Origin: Steroidobacteraceae bacterium
GTDB lineage: Bacteria; Pseudomonadota; Gammaproteobacteria; Steroidobacterales; Steroidobacteraceae
Direction of reading: 5' to 3'
DNA length: 64,000 nt
Assembly (NCBI GenBank): GCA_040878925.1
Contig: JBBDLI010000007.1
Coordinates: 23,410 to 87,409 of the forward strand
Shown here: piece by piece, positions 20,616-33,863 of the stretch
Layout of the letters: each line of letters opens with the position of its first letter
How positions within the stretch are numbered: the stretch's first letter is position 1
Translations under genes and position numbers: made by a program
The notes under the pieces: generated by a model
What the model was told of the DNA's origin: nothing
What the model saw: the letters and a program-made list of their open reading frames with translations, nothing else
Database searches by the model: none

Positions 20616-21950
20616 ATGGAATTCGGCTCGGAGCGCCTTGCGGCTTCGCTTGCAGCGATCGACGAATCCTGGCCGGGGGCGCGCTTCTGCGTCGCGCTCT
20701 CCGGCGGGCTCGATTCGACCGTGCTCCTGCATGCGATGACTGCGCTCTGCCGCCGCGAAGGCACAAGCGGCCTGCGCGCCGTGCACCTCGATCACGGCCT
20801 GCAAGCGGAATCGGCGGCCTGGGCGGATGTCTGCCGTGCGGCATGCCGCGCGGCCGGCGTGCCGCTCGAGGTCATCTCGCTCCGGCTCGTGCCCGAGGAC
20901 GGCGCGAGCATCGAGGCCGCGGCGCGCGAAGCGCGTTATGCGGCGCTCGCGCGAAACCTGCAATCCGGCGAATGGCTGCTGACGGCGCATCATCGCGACG
21001 ATCAGCTTGAAACCGTCCTCATCCAGTTGCTGCGCGGTGGCGGCGTTGCCGGTCTCGCCGCGATGCCGGCGCGCGCGTCCTTCGGCCGCGGCTGGCACGC
21101 ACGGCCATTGCTCGACGTCGATCGCGCAGCGCTCGCTGCCTACGCCGCGCGACTGGGCCTCGACTGGATCCGCGACCCGACGAACGAGTCGCGGCGCTTC
21201 GACCGCGGCTGGCTCCGCGGCGAAGTCCTGCCCGCCATCCGGCAGCGCTGGCCCGCGGCTGCGACGACCGTCGCGCGGAGCGCCGGCCATTTCGCGCAGG
21301 CGCAGCGGCTGCTCACGGAGCTTGCGCACGCGGACGCCCAAGGCATCGTCGATGGCGGCCGCCTGTCGATCGCCGGCCTGCGCCGACTGTCGCGGGATCG
21401 CCAGGTCAACCTGCTGCGCTGGTGGCTGCGCGAACGCGGGCTCCCTGCGCCGCCCGCGGTGCGCCTCGCGACCGGGATCGGCGAACTCCTCGATGCGCGC
21501 GCCGACGCGGCGCCGCTGCTGCGCTGGCCGGAGGGCGAGATCCGCCGCTATCGCGACTGCCTGTACGCGCTGCATCCGATGGCACCGGCGCCGGCGGCGG
21601 AGTGCGCAGCCGGGGCCGTTGCCGTCGACATGGGTCCGGGTCTCGGCCGGTTCGAATTGGTCGCCGGAAAGGCGGGTGGGCTGCGCGCGGAACTCGCCGC
21701 ACCGCCGGCGATTCGCTTCCGCGCCGGCGGCGAAACGCTGCGGCCGCATCCCGCGCGCCCGCGCAAGCGCCTGAAGGATCTCTGCCGCGAAGCGGGCGTC
21801 GTGCCCTGGATGCGCGGCCGGCTGCCGCTCGTGTACGTCGGCGACCGGTTGGCGGCCGTCGGCGACCTCTGGATCGATGCGGAATTCGCGGTCCCGCCGG
21901 GAGAGCCGTCGCTCAAGCCGGTCTGGACGGGGCGACCGGCGCTCTATTAG
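20616..21950 (+). CDS. tilS: tRNA(Ile)-lysidine synthase
   Basis: The protein has the PP-loop SGGLDS (VALSGGLDSTVLLH) plus HHRDDQLETVL. It follows accA. Confidence 0.88.
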   Translation: MEFGSERLAASLAAIDESWPGARFCVALSGGLDSTVLLHAMTALCRREGTSGLRAVHLDHGLQAESAAWADVCRAACRAAGVPLEVISLRLVPEDGASIEAAAREARYAALARNLQSGEWLLTAHHRDDQLETVLIQLLRGGGVAGLAAMPARASFGRGWHARPLLDVDRAALAAYAARLGLDWIRDPTNESRRFDRGWLRGEVLPAIRQRWPAAATTVARSAGHFAQAQRLLTELAHADAQGIVDGGRLSIAGLRRLSRDRQVNLLRWWLRERGLPAPPAVRLATGIGELLDARADAAPLLRWPEGEIRRYRDCLYALHPMAPAPAAECAAGAVAVDMGPGLGRFELVAGKAGGLRAELAAPPAIRFRAGGETLRPHPARPRKRLKDLCREAGVVPWMRGRLPLVYVGDRLAAVGDLWIDAEFAVPPGEPSLKPVWTGRPALY

Positions 21951-21971
21951 CCCGGGTCGCGGCCGGTTCCG

Positions 21972-22382
21972 TCAGCGCGACCAGCACTCGTTGGGCGGGC
22001 TCGATCCGCTGACACCGCGCGCGTTAGCCTCGTTGAGCGTGAAACTCCCACACGCGGTGTCATTGGCCTGGGTTCCCTGCGGGGTCGCGGTGAGCAGATA
22101 CGTCGTGGGATTAATTTCGCCGGTCACGGCGTACAGGCCCTCCGGTGTCGTAACCGGAAGCACCACGCAACCGACGAACGTGCTGGTGCGCGTATAGCAT
22201 CGCTCCAGGTTCTGAGCCGTCTGCGTGATCACTGCCTTGGCGTTGCTGCGGTTGCTGCGCACGACCTGCTGGCGGTAGGTCGGAATCGCGATGGCCGCGA
22301 GGACCGCGACGATGACCATCACCGCCATCAGTTCCAGCAGCGTCACGCCGCGTTGCGCGCTTCGGCCGTTAAGGGGTCGCAT
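21972..22382 (-). CDS. pilE: type IV pilus minor pilin PilE-like
   Basis: The prepilin leader and hydrophobic N-terminus read RG/VTLLELMAVMVIVAVLAAIAIPTYRQQVVRSNRS. It is the last gene of the fimU-pilVWXY1E-type operon. Confidence 0.8.
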   Translation of the reverse strand: MRPLNGRSAQRGVTLLELMAVMVIVAVLAAIAIPTYRQQVVRSNRSNAKAVITQTAQNLERCYTRTSTFVGCVVLPVTTPEGLYAVTGEINPTTYLLTATPQGTQANDTACGSFTLNEANARGVSGSSPPNECWSR

Positions 22383-22394
22383 GGGTACTCTCCG

Positions 22395-25300
22395 CTATCT
22401 GATCTGTCGCCAGGACTGGCGGCCAGTGGCGTTCACGCCGGGATTTTCGACGGTCACCTGGATGTTGCCCGTCGTGCCCGGCGTGTACTTGTACTCGGCG
22501 TTCGGGCCCGCGAGGATGCCGGGCTTCGGGGTGATGCCGACCTCGGACTGCAGGCCGCTCACGGGGACCTCGATCACAGTGCCGTCCTCGAGCGTGACTT
22601 CCACGAAGTCATCGCCGTCGAACTCGATGTCCCGATTCAGATCGAATGGTGACGCTTCGAGGCGCGAGCCGGTGAGCGCGTCGAGCTCCATGAGCCAGCT
22701 CGTGCCGCCGGCGATGCAGGGGTCCGGATCCGGTATCACGGTGGTGAAGATGATGCGGCCGCCGCGCAGGATCGAGTCGGACACCTGCATCTCGCCCTCG
22801 AACGTCCCCGGCGGGTTGGGCGGCGCAAGCAGGTCCAGGTACCAGCCGCGGTTGGTGACTGCGTTGTCCGTGGTCACCCGCAGCGGGATCGTCAGGCTGT
22901 TGCCGTCGGGATCCGTGAAACTGAAGTCCTGCTCGGCGATGATCTGCTGCGACGTCAGCGACGCGCGGCCGGCCACGAGGTCCGTGTCGGTCAGCGAATT
23001 CGGGTCCAGGATGCCGTAGAAGGTCTGGCGCTGTGTCGGCGTCTTGTCGGTGAGCTCCAGGTACTTGCCGGTGCCGAACAGCACGATCACGCCCGCCCCG
23101 CGCGGGCCGCGTCCGACTTCCGGACGCGACGTGATCGGCTGCGGGTCGTTGGCAGCGTCGCGCGCCGTGAACAGCGGCAGCTTGACGCCCGCGGAACCGT
23201 AGGCCACGTCCCAGTTCGCCGGATCGGCGCCTGTCACGTTGAACTTCCAGAGATTGCCGAACAGATCGCCGGCATAGATGAAATCGACGATGGAATCGCC
23301 GTTCAGATCGACGGCCGCGGGCGTCGAAAGCCCGTTCGCCCCCGTCGTGCCGACGCCGGTGTCGATCTTGCGGACCAGCGCGCCGGTCTCGACGTCCACG
23401 ATGAACAGCACGGCCTTGCCGTTGGTGCTGTTGTAGCCGTTGCCGAAGACCGCGTACCACTTGCCGTCCTGCATGCGGATGATGGCCGGCCGGCTGTAGG
23501 TGAAGCCGAGATCGGCCGCGTCGGTGAATTCCCAGCGGAAGATGCTTGCGGCATTGGCCTCGCTGAAGTTCGACGGATTCGTGACGTCGAGCGCGTAGAT
23601 GCTCTTGCCGCCCTTGTTGAGCCCGCCGACCAGCACGGTATGCCAGGCATTGGCGTAGAAGGCGTCGCCCATGGTCGGCGGGCCATCCACGTAGAAGCGG
23701 TGCGAATAGTCGATGCTGGTCAGCTCGTGCAGGTTCGCGAACACGCCGCCCGGGATGAACGCGAGGCGTTCCTCGCCGGTGGCGGCATCGAAGCCGTGCA
23801 GCATGCCGTCATTCGCGCCCGCATACAGCATGTGCGTGCGGTTGAGGTTGGCCGCGATGAACGCCGAATAGGGCTGGCTTTCCAGCACATCCGGGAACAT
23901 GAACGGCGGCCGGCCGACGAACATCGGTGCGGACGACACGATGTCGCCCAGCACGTTGCGATTGGGCGACGTCGGCCGATCGCGGAACTGCGGCGAGCCG
24001 GTCGCGACGATCTGGTCTTCGCGCGTCCCGTCGCCGCGCAGATAGTTCAGCCGTTGCTGCCCGAAGCCGTCGCTGGTGGGATCCAGCTCGCCCTGGCGCG
24101 TCGCGTCGACATTGGCCCAGCGGAACGGGGTCGCCACGCCGTCGCTGTTGACGGTGATGATCGTGCGGCTGTTCGGAGCCGGAATCTCTTCCGATGCATC
24201 CCATTCTTCCGCGGTGTCCAGCGTGCCGTCGCTCTGCACGGGGAAGGACAGCAACTGGCCCGACCAGTCGCCGCTGTTGAACTTGGCCTGGAAGACGCGC
24301 GTCTCGCTCGAGATCGAGCCGGAGTTGACCGACGCGGACGACGCCGAGCCGACGCGCGCCAGGATTTCGTTGAATGCCTCCGTCAGCTGCTCGCCGAGGC
24401 GGAGCGCATTGGTCACGAGGAAGTAGTTGTCGGGGTTGCCGTCGCCGTCCGAGTCCCACTCGGCCTGAACGTCCGGCAGATCGTTGTCGTTCGTATCCTT
24501 GAAGCCGCCCCATTTGGCGGCGTACTTGAGCGGATCGGCGAGCAGTGTCGCGCCGCCGCCGCTGCCCGGCGTGAACAATCGGGAGTCGTTCCAGGGCAGC
24601 GCCCTGGGGGCAGCCGGACGCGTTGTACAGAGCGTGGACTCGCAGGCACCCGCGTCGCTGCCGGCCGGAGTATCGAGGAAGTACGGAACATTGCTGCCGT
24701 CGTCCTGGACGACGAGATAAATCCCATCCTGCGTCGTTCCCGAGACCACATAACCCATGTGATGGGTAATGCCACCCGCTTCGTACAGCCGATCCACAGT
24801 GATCCGGACCTGGCCGCCTTCGAGACCGTAGGTGTAGCGGACCACCGCGTCCATGTCGTGGTCGTTGCCCGCCTCGACGTCCTCGAAGTTGATGAGGAAA
24901 GAACCGGAGGTGCCGTCCGAGCTCATCGACTCGACGTAGAAGTCGACGATCTGGTTGGTCGGCTGGAACGCGCCTTGCCCCGCACCAATGCTGGCTCCGG
25001 CGACGGACTTGGCAAATGGCACGAGCGTCACGTTCCCGCCGCCGACCGGAATCTCGATGCGCGGCAGCGGCGAGGCGAGCGCGACCGCGAAGGTTTGCAC
25101 TTTCTGGTCGCCCGAAGCGGAATTGATGTCGGTGGCGAGTCCGTACTTGGCCACGCTCCCCGCGTAGTAGCCACCCCGCTTTGTGGGTTCCTCGGGGGAC
25201 AGGCCGCGGATGTTCGCGAAGCTGTTGGCGGTCTTCGGCGAGGGCGCGCCGTCGTAATCGGCGCCGGAGTGGCCAATGAATACATCCTGACTTGCGCCAA

Positions 25301-26882
25301 ACTCCTGCGCCCAGATGGCGTCCGCTTCGTCGGACACGTCGAGGCCGCCCAGATCGTCGCTGGGAGGCGTGCCACTGTCGGCCGGGGTTGAGCCGGGGAA
25401 TGAGGAGGCGCCGGGTAGCTGGTCCGTGTCGTATGACGGGTTGATGTCGCTGACCACGGTCATGAAGGGCTTGGCGCAGCTCGCCGATCCCGGAGCGTAG
25501 GGATTCGTCCAGGTGTTGACCTTTGGCAGGCCGAGCTGCGAATCGAAGGTGGTTCCGGAGTAGTCGAACTGTGATGTCGGCCCGCCGCCACCGGCGAAGT
25601 AGCGCAGCGTCTCGTACATCATCTCGGCGACGGGGTTGGCCCACATCCCGCCGAACTCGTTTTCGTTGAATGGACGCGTCGTCACCAGGCCGGGGTTATA
25701 CACGGCGCCGGCGCCGCGATCAGCGACTGAGTAGTACCAAGAACCACGGTAGTTCGAATATCCGGCTGCGCGCAGCTTGTTGATCGTCGCGATGATGCCG
25801 TTGAAGTTCGTGAAGGTGCCGTCGGTGGTGATATTGATCTCATCGTCCAGGTTTCCGACGTCCTTGCGCACGACACCGCCGCTCTTGCTCTTCTGATAGC
25901 TGCCTGTGAGCAGGCCGAACTTCATCGCTTCGTTTTCACCGAACTCCTGGAGCAGTCCGACCGGCTTGAAGTTGTCGTCCGGGTACTGGCGACAGTTCGG
26001 TTCGGTCATGCCCGTGGCGCAAACTTCAACTCGTACGGCGTAGTCGGTGAAGCTTGAAGAGTTCGATGCAATCGGCCGGCCCGGCCCGGGGTTGGTCGTG
26101 GCACCCACGCACCGCCCGTCATTGGTTCCTGCGTCCCGCCCGTAGCAGGCCCCCGCGACCGGGCTCTCCGTGCTGGCCCAGTGCCAGGCGCGATTCTGGG
26201 GGCCGTTGACGTTCTGGGCGACGCGCAGGAGCGGGGGATTGGTGTCGGGACCGTTGTTCGTCCAACTCGTTTGCAGCATCAGCGTCGCATTCGCGAACAG
26301 GTGGGTCTTGCCACTCGTGGGCTGGCCGAGCGGCGTGTAAAGGCTGATGTTGTAGCCGTCAATGGCGGTTCCGCGATACTCCTTGACCCAGCTGTGCGCA
26401 TCTTGCGGGATGTGCGCACGTTCGAGCACGGTTCTCGAATCCGTATCGACGCGGCGGAAGCCGCCGTAGAGCACCTTGCGCAGCGCATCGATGCGCGTGG
26501 TCGTCACATAGTTGAGCCAGTCGCCGCTCCATTGTCCGCTGCACTGCTTGTTGGCCGTGCTGCCCGCCGGCACGAACTCGGAACCGTTGTGCGTGTAGCA
26601 CTTGAACGAATCGAAATAGCCGTAATAGTCGATTTCCGTCGGCTTGTAGCCGATGTCGAGCACGCCGTCGCCGTCCAGGTCGGAATGATCGTTGTAGGCC
26701 TCGTAATAAAGCTTGTGGTCGCGGCCCAGCACGATCATGTTGAGCGGCGGCACGCCCTCGTTCAGGAACAGCGGCACGTCGCTGATGTTGGGCGCCGTCT
26801 GCGCGACCGCAACTTGCAGAGTGGACACTGCCGACACGATCAACGCGTACAGCGGCCCGGTCACGTTCTTGTTGATGCGCAT
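22395..26882 (-). CDS. pilY1: type IV pilus tip adhesin/biogenesis factor PilY1 (1495 aa)
   Basis: The protein has a signal peptide and the PilY1-type N-terminus DVPLFL...PLNMIVLGRDHKLYYEAYND. Its C-terminal propeller contains AVDLNGDSIVDFIYAGDLFGNLWKF (a calcium loop). It sits between pilX and pilE. Confidence 0.88.
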   Translation of the reverse strand: MRINKNVTGPLYALIVSAVSTLQVAVAQTAPNISDVPLFLNEGVPPLNMIVLGRDHKLYYEAYNDHSDLDGDGVLDIGYKPTEIDYYGYFDSFKCYTHNGSEFVPAGSTANKQCSGQWSGDWLNYVTTTRIDALRKVLYGGFRRVDTDSRTVLERAHIPQDAHSWVKEYRGTAIDGYNISLYTPLGQPTSGKTHLFANATLMLQTSWTNNGPDTNPPLLRVAQNVNGPQNRAWHWASTESPVAGACYGRDAGTNDGRCVGATTNPGPGRPIASNSSSFTDYAVRVEVCATGMTEPNCRQYPDDNFKPVGLLQEFGENEAMKFGLLTGSYQKSKSGGVVRKDVGNLDDEINITTDGTFTNFNGIIATINKLRAAGYSNYRGSWYYSVADRGAGAVYNPGLVTTRPFNENEFGGMWANPVAEMMYETLRYFAGGGGPTSQFDYSGTTFDSQLGLPKVNTWTNPYAPGSASCAKPFMTVVSDINPSYDTDQLPGASSFPGSTPADSGTPPSDDLGGLDVSDEADAIWAQEFGASQDVFIGHSGADYDGAPSPKTANSFANIRGLSPEEPTKRGGYYAGSVAKYGLATDINSASGDQKVQTFAVALASPLPRIEIPVGGGNVTLVPFAKSVAGASIGAGQGAFQPTNQIVDFYVESMSSDGTSGSFLINFEDVEAGNDHDMDAVVRYTYGLEGGQVRITVDRLYEAGGITHHMGYVVSGTTQDGIYLVVQDDGSNVPYFLDTPAGSDAGACESTLCTTRPAAPRALPWNDSRLFTPGSGGGATLLADPLKYAAKWGGFKDTNDNDLPDVQAEWDSDGDGNPDNYFLVTNALRLGEQLTEAFNEILARVGSASSASVNSGSISSETRVFQAKFNSGDWSGQLLSFPVQSDGTLDTAEEWDASEEIPAPNSRTIITVNSDGVATPFRWANVDATRQGELDPTSDGFGQQRLNYLRGDGTREDQIVATGSPQFRDRPTSPNRNVLGDIVSSAPMFVGRPPFMFPDVLESQPYSAFIAANLNRTHMLYAGANDGMLHGFDAATGEERLAFIPGGVFANLHELTSIDYSHRFYVDGPPTMGDAFYANAWHTVLVGGLNKGGKSIYALDVTNPSNFSEANAASIFRWEFTDAADLGFTYSRPAIIRMQDGKWYAVFGNGYNSTNGKAVLFIVDVETGALVRKIDTGVGTTGANGLSTPAAVDLNGDSIVDFIYAGDLFGNLWKFNVTGADPANWDVAYGSAGVKLPLFTARDAANDPQPITSRPEVGRGPRGAGVIVLFGTGKYLELTDKTPTQRQTFYGILDPNSLTDTDLVAGRASLTSQQIIAEQDFSFTDPDGNSLTIPLRVTTDNAVTNRGWYLDLLAPPNPPGTFEGEMQVSDSILRGGRIIFTTVIPDPDPCIAGGTSWLMELDALTGSRLEASPFDLNRDIEFDGDDFVEVTLEDGTVIEVPVSGLQSEVGITPKPGILAGPNAEYKYTPGTTGNIQVTVENPGVNATGRQSWRQIR

Positions 26883-26909
26883 GGCGTACTCCCTGATCCT
26901 TCGCGTTCT

Positions 26910-27458
26910 TCAGAATCGTCGCGTGTAAGTGCTTTCGAGCACGGCCTGCGCCGTGTCGGTGGCGCCTGCTGAACGGGCCGTGATGCGATAGAAGTTGCGG
27001 CCCTCCGGCGGCGCGTGGCCAACGGTGAGGCTGTCCGGAATGAAGGCGGCGTCCTCGATCAGGACCCGCGGGTCGGCCGTCGTCTGCTGAATTTCCTGCA
27101 CGCCGTCCGCGCCGTACTCCTGGGCATTATTGGCCCACCACGTGCCGTCCTGGTTGCGCAGGCTCTCAGGCAGGACATTGCGCTGCCAGACCGAGGGGAT
27201 CGCGCAGGGAGCGGCCGCGCAAGTGTCGGGGCGCGCGACCATCAGGCGCAGGCGATTCTCGGCGTCGCGCAGGCCGGCTTCGGCACCCTGGAACGCGATG
27301 TTGACGTCGCGCAGGTTGCCGGCCATGCGCTCCTCCATGCGCGTGACCTGCATCGCCGCGAGGCCGAGCACGGTCATCACGAGCAGCAGAATGAGGCTGA
27401 TGACCAGGATTGCGCCCTGCTGGGCACGAGGCAGATGGGACCTTTGCGGCAGGCTCAT
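26910..27458 (-). CDS. pilX: type IV pilus minor pilin PilX
   Basis: The internal start gives MSLPQRSHLPRAQQGAILVISLILLLVMTVLGLAAMQ..., a PilX_N-type segment. The track ORF is 5'-extended by 26 codons. Confidence 0.75.
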   Translation of the reverse strand: MSLPQRSHLPRAQQGAILVISLILLLVMTVLGLAAMQVTRMEERMAGNLRDVNIAFQGAEAGLRDAENRLRLMVARPDTCAAAPCAIPSVWQRNVLPESLRNQDGTWWANNAQEYGADGVQEIQQTTADPRVLIEDAAFIPDSLTVGHAPPEGRNFYRITARSAGATDTAQAVLESTYTRRF

Positions 27459-27474
27459 TGATGGTCTCCCGTCT

Positions 27475-28500
27475 TCACAGCGCGCGATTGCGCAGCGCCG
27501 CCGTCGTCGTGAACAGCATCCGCTGGCGCCGGTCATCGTAAGGCCCGAGCGTCATGCCGCCGAGCGCTGGCTCGAGGAGCTGGTAGGTTGACCCGTCGAC
27601 GTCGGGGCCGATTTCCTCCGAACGGGCGAGGAGCGAGAAGTTGACGCTGATGACGTCGTCCCAATCGCCGATGTCGTCGGCCGAGAAGTAGTCGTTGGCA
27701 ACGCGATCCGCGTCGGTGTCCTCGCCGTAAGCGACCTGCAACCCCTGAACGCCTTCCACCAGCATCTCTGCGGCGTCATCGCCCATGCGCCGCCATAGCG
27801 CGGGACCCGTGCCGTTGTCGCCGACCCAGTAAGTTACGGTCTCGATCGGCAGGAGCCGCGCCCCGGCCAGATACTGGAACCCGAGGTCCGCAGTCGCGTT
27901 GCCCGGACCCGCTCCACCGGCGTCGTGCAGGATGCTGCCGTTCGGCGCGCCCGCTCCCCAGCCGGTCGCCTGAAAGATCGTGGCCGCCTGGCAATCCGTG
28001 ATCACCATGATCTGCCCGGCCGCCACCGGCCCCGAGGCGGCCAGCACCTGGGGATTGTCCGTCACATTCGCGAGGTCGGCGCGCATGGTCATGGCTGGTC
28101 GGTCGCGCACCGGCATGCGCACGACGACGACGTCGCTGTCGGGGATCGGGGCGGGATCGAGCACGAGCGTGAGCGCGGGCGCATAGTCGCCGTCGCCCAG
28201 CGATTCGAAGCCTTGCACCGGTTGTACGTAGTTCCACAATACGTCCGCGGAATCGATGAGCGTCGTGGTAAAAAATGACTCGCGCGCGCAGCCCGTGTAG
28301 CCCGCCGAGCGCAGATCGTGCACCATCAGCTCGAGCGCCAGCCGGCCATTTTCCTGTAACCGTGCGGTCTTCTCGTTCGTGAGGTACGTCACCTTCGAGC
28401 TCATGAAGATCGAGAGCACGCCCGAAAGGAGGAGCACGCCGAGCGCCATCGCCACCATCAGCTCGACGAGGCTCAGGCCCTGTTGCAGCCGCATGCGCAT
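27475..28500 (-). CDS. pilW: type IV pilus minor pilin PilW
   Basis: Starting at ATG 28500 the protein reads MRMRLQQGLSLVELMVAMALGVLLLSGVLSIF...RLQENGR. The 171 codons upstream in the track ORF are Arg/Ala-rich junk overlapping pilV. Confidence 0.8.
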   Translation of the reverse strand: MRMRLQQGLSLVELMVAMALGVLLLSGVLSIFMSSKVTYLTNEKTARLQENGRLALELMVHDLRSAGYTGCARESFFTTTLIDSADVLWNYVQPVQGFESLGDGDYAPALTLVLDPAPIPDSDVVVVRMPVRDRPAMTMRADLANVTDNPQVLAASGPVAAGQIMVITDCQAATIFQATGWGAGAPNGSILHDAGGAGPGNATADLGFQYLAGARLLPIETVTYWVGDNGTGPALWRRMGDDAAEMLVEGVQGLQVAYGEDTDADRVANDYFSADDIGDWDDVISVNFSLLARSEEIGPDVDGSTYQLLEPALGGMTLGPYDDRRQRMLFTTTAALRNRAL

Positions 28501-28508
28501 GGGGCCCC

Positions 28509-28943
28509 TCAAAGCTCGGTTTCCGTGACGAACGTGTCGGCCCCGAGCCGATCCGTCCATTGCACCGTGATCGTCGCGACGGCGCCGGCTAGCACGACGG
28601 CGCCGTCGCCGGACGGCAGGATGTCGGCCAGCGATTGCTTCCAGGCGACCACGTCGAGGTCCGCCAGCGTGTTCCCGCCGGGCACGGCACCGACCGCGAC
28701 GTTGTACCCACCCGCGAGCGCAGCCGTGCGATTCGCGCGCATGCGGTCGGCGATGTCGTGCGCCAGCATGGTCGCCTGAGAGCGCAGGTGCGCGCCGTGA
28801 TTGCTGCGCAGCGCCTGCAGCTGCAGCCCCGCGACGCCCAGCAGGCCGATGGACAGGATGAGCAGCGCTACCAGCGCCTCGATCAGCGTGGCGCCGCGCT
28901 GCCGTTCGCGCCCCGGTCGAGAAATGTTCATGGCTTCGTTCAT
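28509..28943 (-). CDS. pilV: type IV pilus minor pilin PilV
   Basis: The protein reads ...RQRGATLIEALVALLILSIGLLGVAGLQ. The chosen ATG 28943 overlaps the fimU stop (ATGA). ATG 28931 is an alternative start. Confidence 0.8.
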   Translation of the reverse strand: MNEAMNISRPGRERQRGATLIEALVALLILSIGLLGVAGLQLQALRSNHGAHLRSQATMLAHDIADRMRANRTAALAGGYNVAVGAVPGGNTLADLDVVAWKQSLADILPSGDGAVVLAGAVATITVQWTDRLGADTFVTETEL

Positions 28944-29458
28944 GAGCAGGTATCGCGTTCGGTGAAGATGCGGCCGGTGTTGCCGATGCGGATGCAACGC
29001 GCGTCTGTACCGTCATAGCCGGGCTTCATCAATTCAAAGTCGCCATTGGTGATAACCGGAGTTGTCAGTCCGGTCGAGGCGTACTGGAGGAATTGCAGGC
29101 TCGAATCGAGCTCGAGACCGCCGCCGATTTCCGTCCAGACCTGGAGCAGCTCCTCGGTCACGTCCCGCGCCCCGTCGAGATTCAGATCCACGAAGACTAT
29201 CCAGCCCGTGCTCCAGTCGTTGCTTCCGGCGCAGGTCGCCTGATCCTCGCTGGCGCAGGTGGTCACCACATCGCCACGTTTCATCGCCTCGCTGCGCGCG
29301 TAAGTCAGCGTCGTCACCAGCTCGTTGGTATGGCCCGCGATACGATTGTTGCGGATGATGCTCGCGAAGCTCGGGATCCCGACGGTAACCAGGATGCTGA
29401 GCACGACCATGGTCGTCAGCAGGTCGAGCAGCGTGAATCCTGCCGCGGTCCTTTTCAT
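28940..29458 (-). CDS. fimU: GspH/FimT-family minor pilin (first gene of the operon, in the FimU position)
   Basis: MKRTAAG/FTLLDLLTTMVVLSILVTVGIPSF...LVTTLTYARSEAMKRG is a GspH-type pseudopilin domain. The track ORF is 5'-extended by 30 codons. I cannot distinguish FimT from FimU by eye. Confidence 0.75.
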   Translation of the reverse strand: MKRTAAGFTLLDLLTTMVVLSILVTVGIPSFASIIRNNRIAGHTNELVTTLTYARSEAMKRGDVVTTCASEDQATCAGSNDWSTGWIVFVDLNLDGARDVTEELLQVWTEIGGGLELDSSLQFLQYASTGLTTPVITNGDFELMKPGYDGTDARCIRIGNTGRIFTERDTCS

Positions 29459-29621
29459 GGGACGTACTATAGGGAGCCGGCGGCGCGTCCAACGGCGCCT
29501 TCCGACAGGCGCTCGGGCCGCGGCGATGAACGGCGGAAAACGCGGCATTTCGCCCGCTTATGTCCCCAGCCGCGTGACGCGCGTCACATTTCTGCTGGCA
29601 CCCGATGACGCGCTCAACTAG

Positions 29622-33474
<3,853 letters not shown>

Positions 33475-33520
33475 GAACGGCGACATCCGGCCGGCCGGAA
33501 CGTGCTACTCTCCCGGGCCC

Positions 33521-33856
33521 ATGAAGTTCCTCATCGCGGCACTCATCGCCGCGCTCGCGCTGCTCCAGTACCGCCTGTGGGTGTCGGGCGAGGGGATGCG
33601 CGAGGTTTGGCACCTCGCCGCCGCGGTGGAAAGCCAGCGCGCCGAGAACGCGGCGCTCGCGGAACGGAATGCCCAGCTCAAGGCGGAAGTCACGGACCTC
33701 AAGCAGGGGCTGACTGCGCTCGAGGAGCGCGCCCGGAACGATCTCGGCATGATCGGGGGCAACGAGATCTTCTACCAGGTCGTCGACACGCCGCACCTGT
33801 CGCCGGACGATAACGCGGCCGAGCCGGCACCACTGCGGGCCGCGACGACGCCGTGA
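33521..33856 (+). CDS. ftsB: cell division protein FtsB
   Basis: The protein starts at an internal ATG and is a single-TM segment plus coiled coil (LLQYRLWVSGEGM...L..E...LK...). It lies between eno and ispD, as in enterics. Confidence 0.85.
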   Translation: MKFLIAALIAALALLQYRLWVSGEGMREVWHLAAAVESQRAENAALAERNAQLKAEVTDLKQGLTALEERARNDLGMIGGNEIFYQVVDTPHLSPDDNAAEPAPLRAATTP

Positions 33857-33863
33857 ACAATCG

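Noticed and set aside
29470-29478. The 9-mer TAGGGAGCC shared between the left end of E3 (57454-57462) and the fimU upstream region. TAGGGAG also occurs at the lepB stop (54016-54022).
   Set aside because: About 0.5 chance matches of a given 9-mer are expected in 2 x 64 kb. At lepB and pdxJ the sequence is simply a TAG stop followed by a GGAG-type ribosome-binding site.
27459-29548. Long N-terminal extensions in the track for pilX (26 codons), pilW (171 codons), pilV (18 codons) and fimU (30 codons).
   Set aside because: The extensions are Arg-rich, overlap the upstream gene, and would bury the class III prepilin leader and hydrophobic N-terminus deep inside the protein. Starts were moved to the Met just ahead of each leader peptide.
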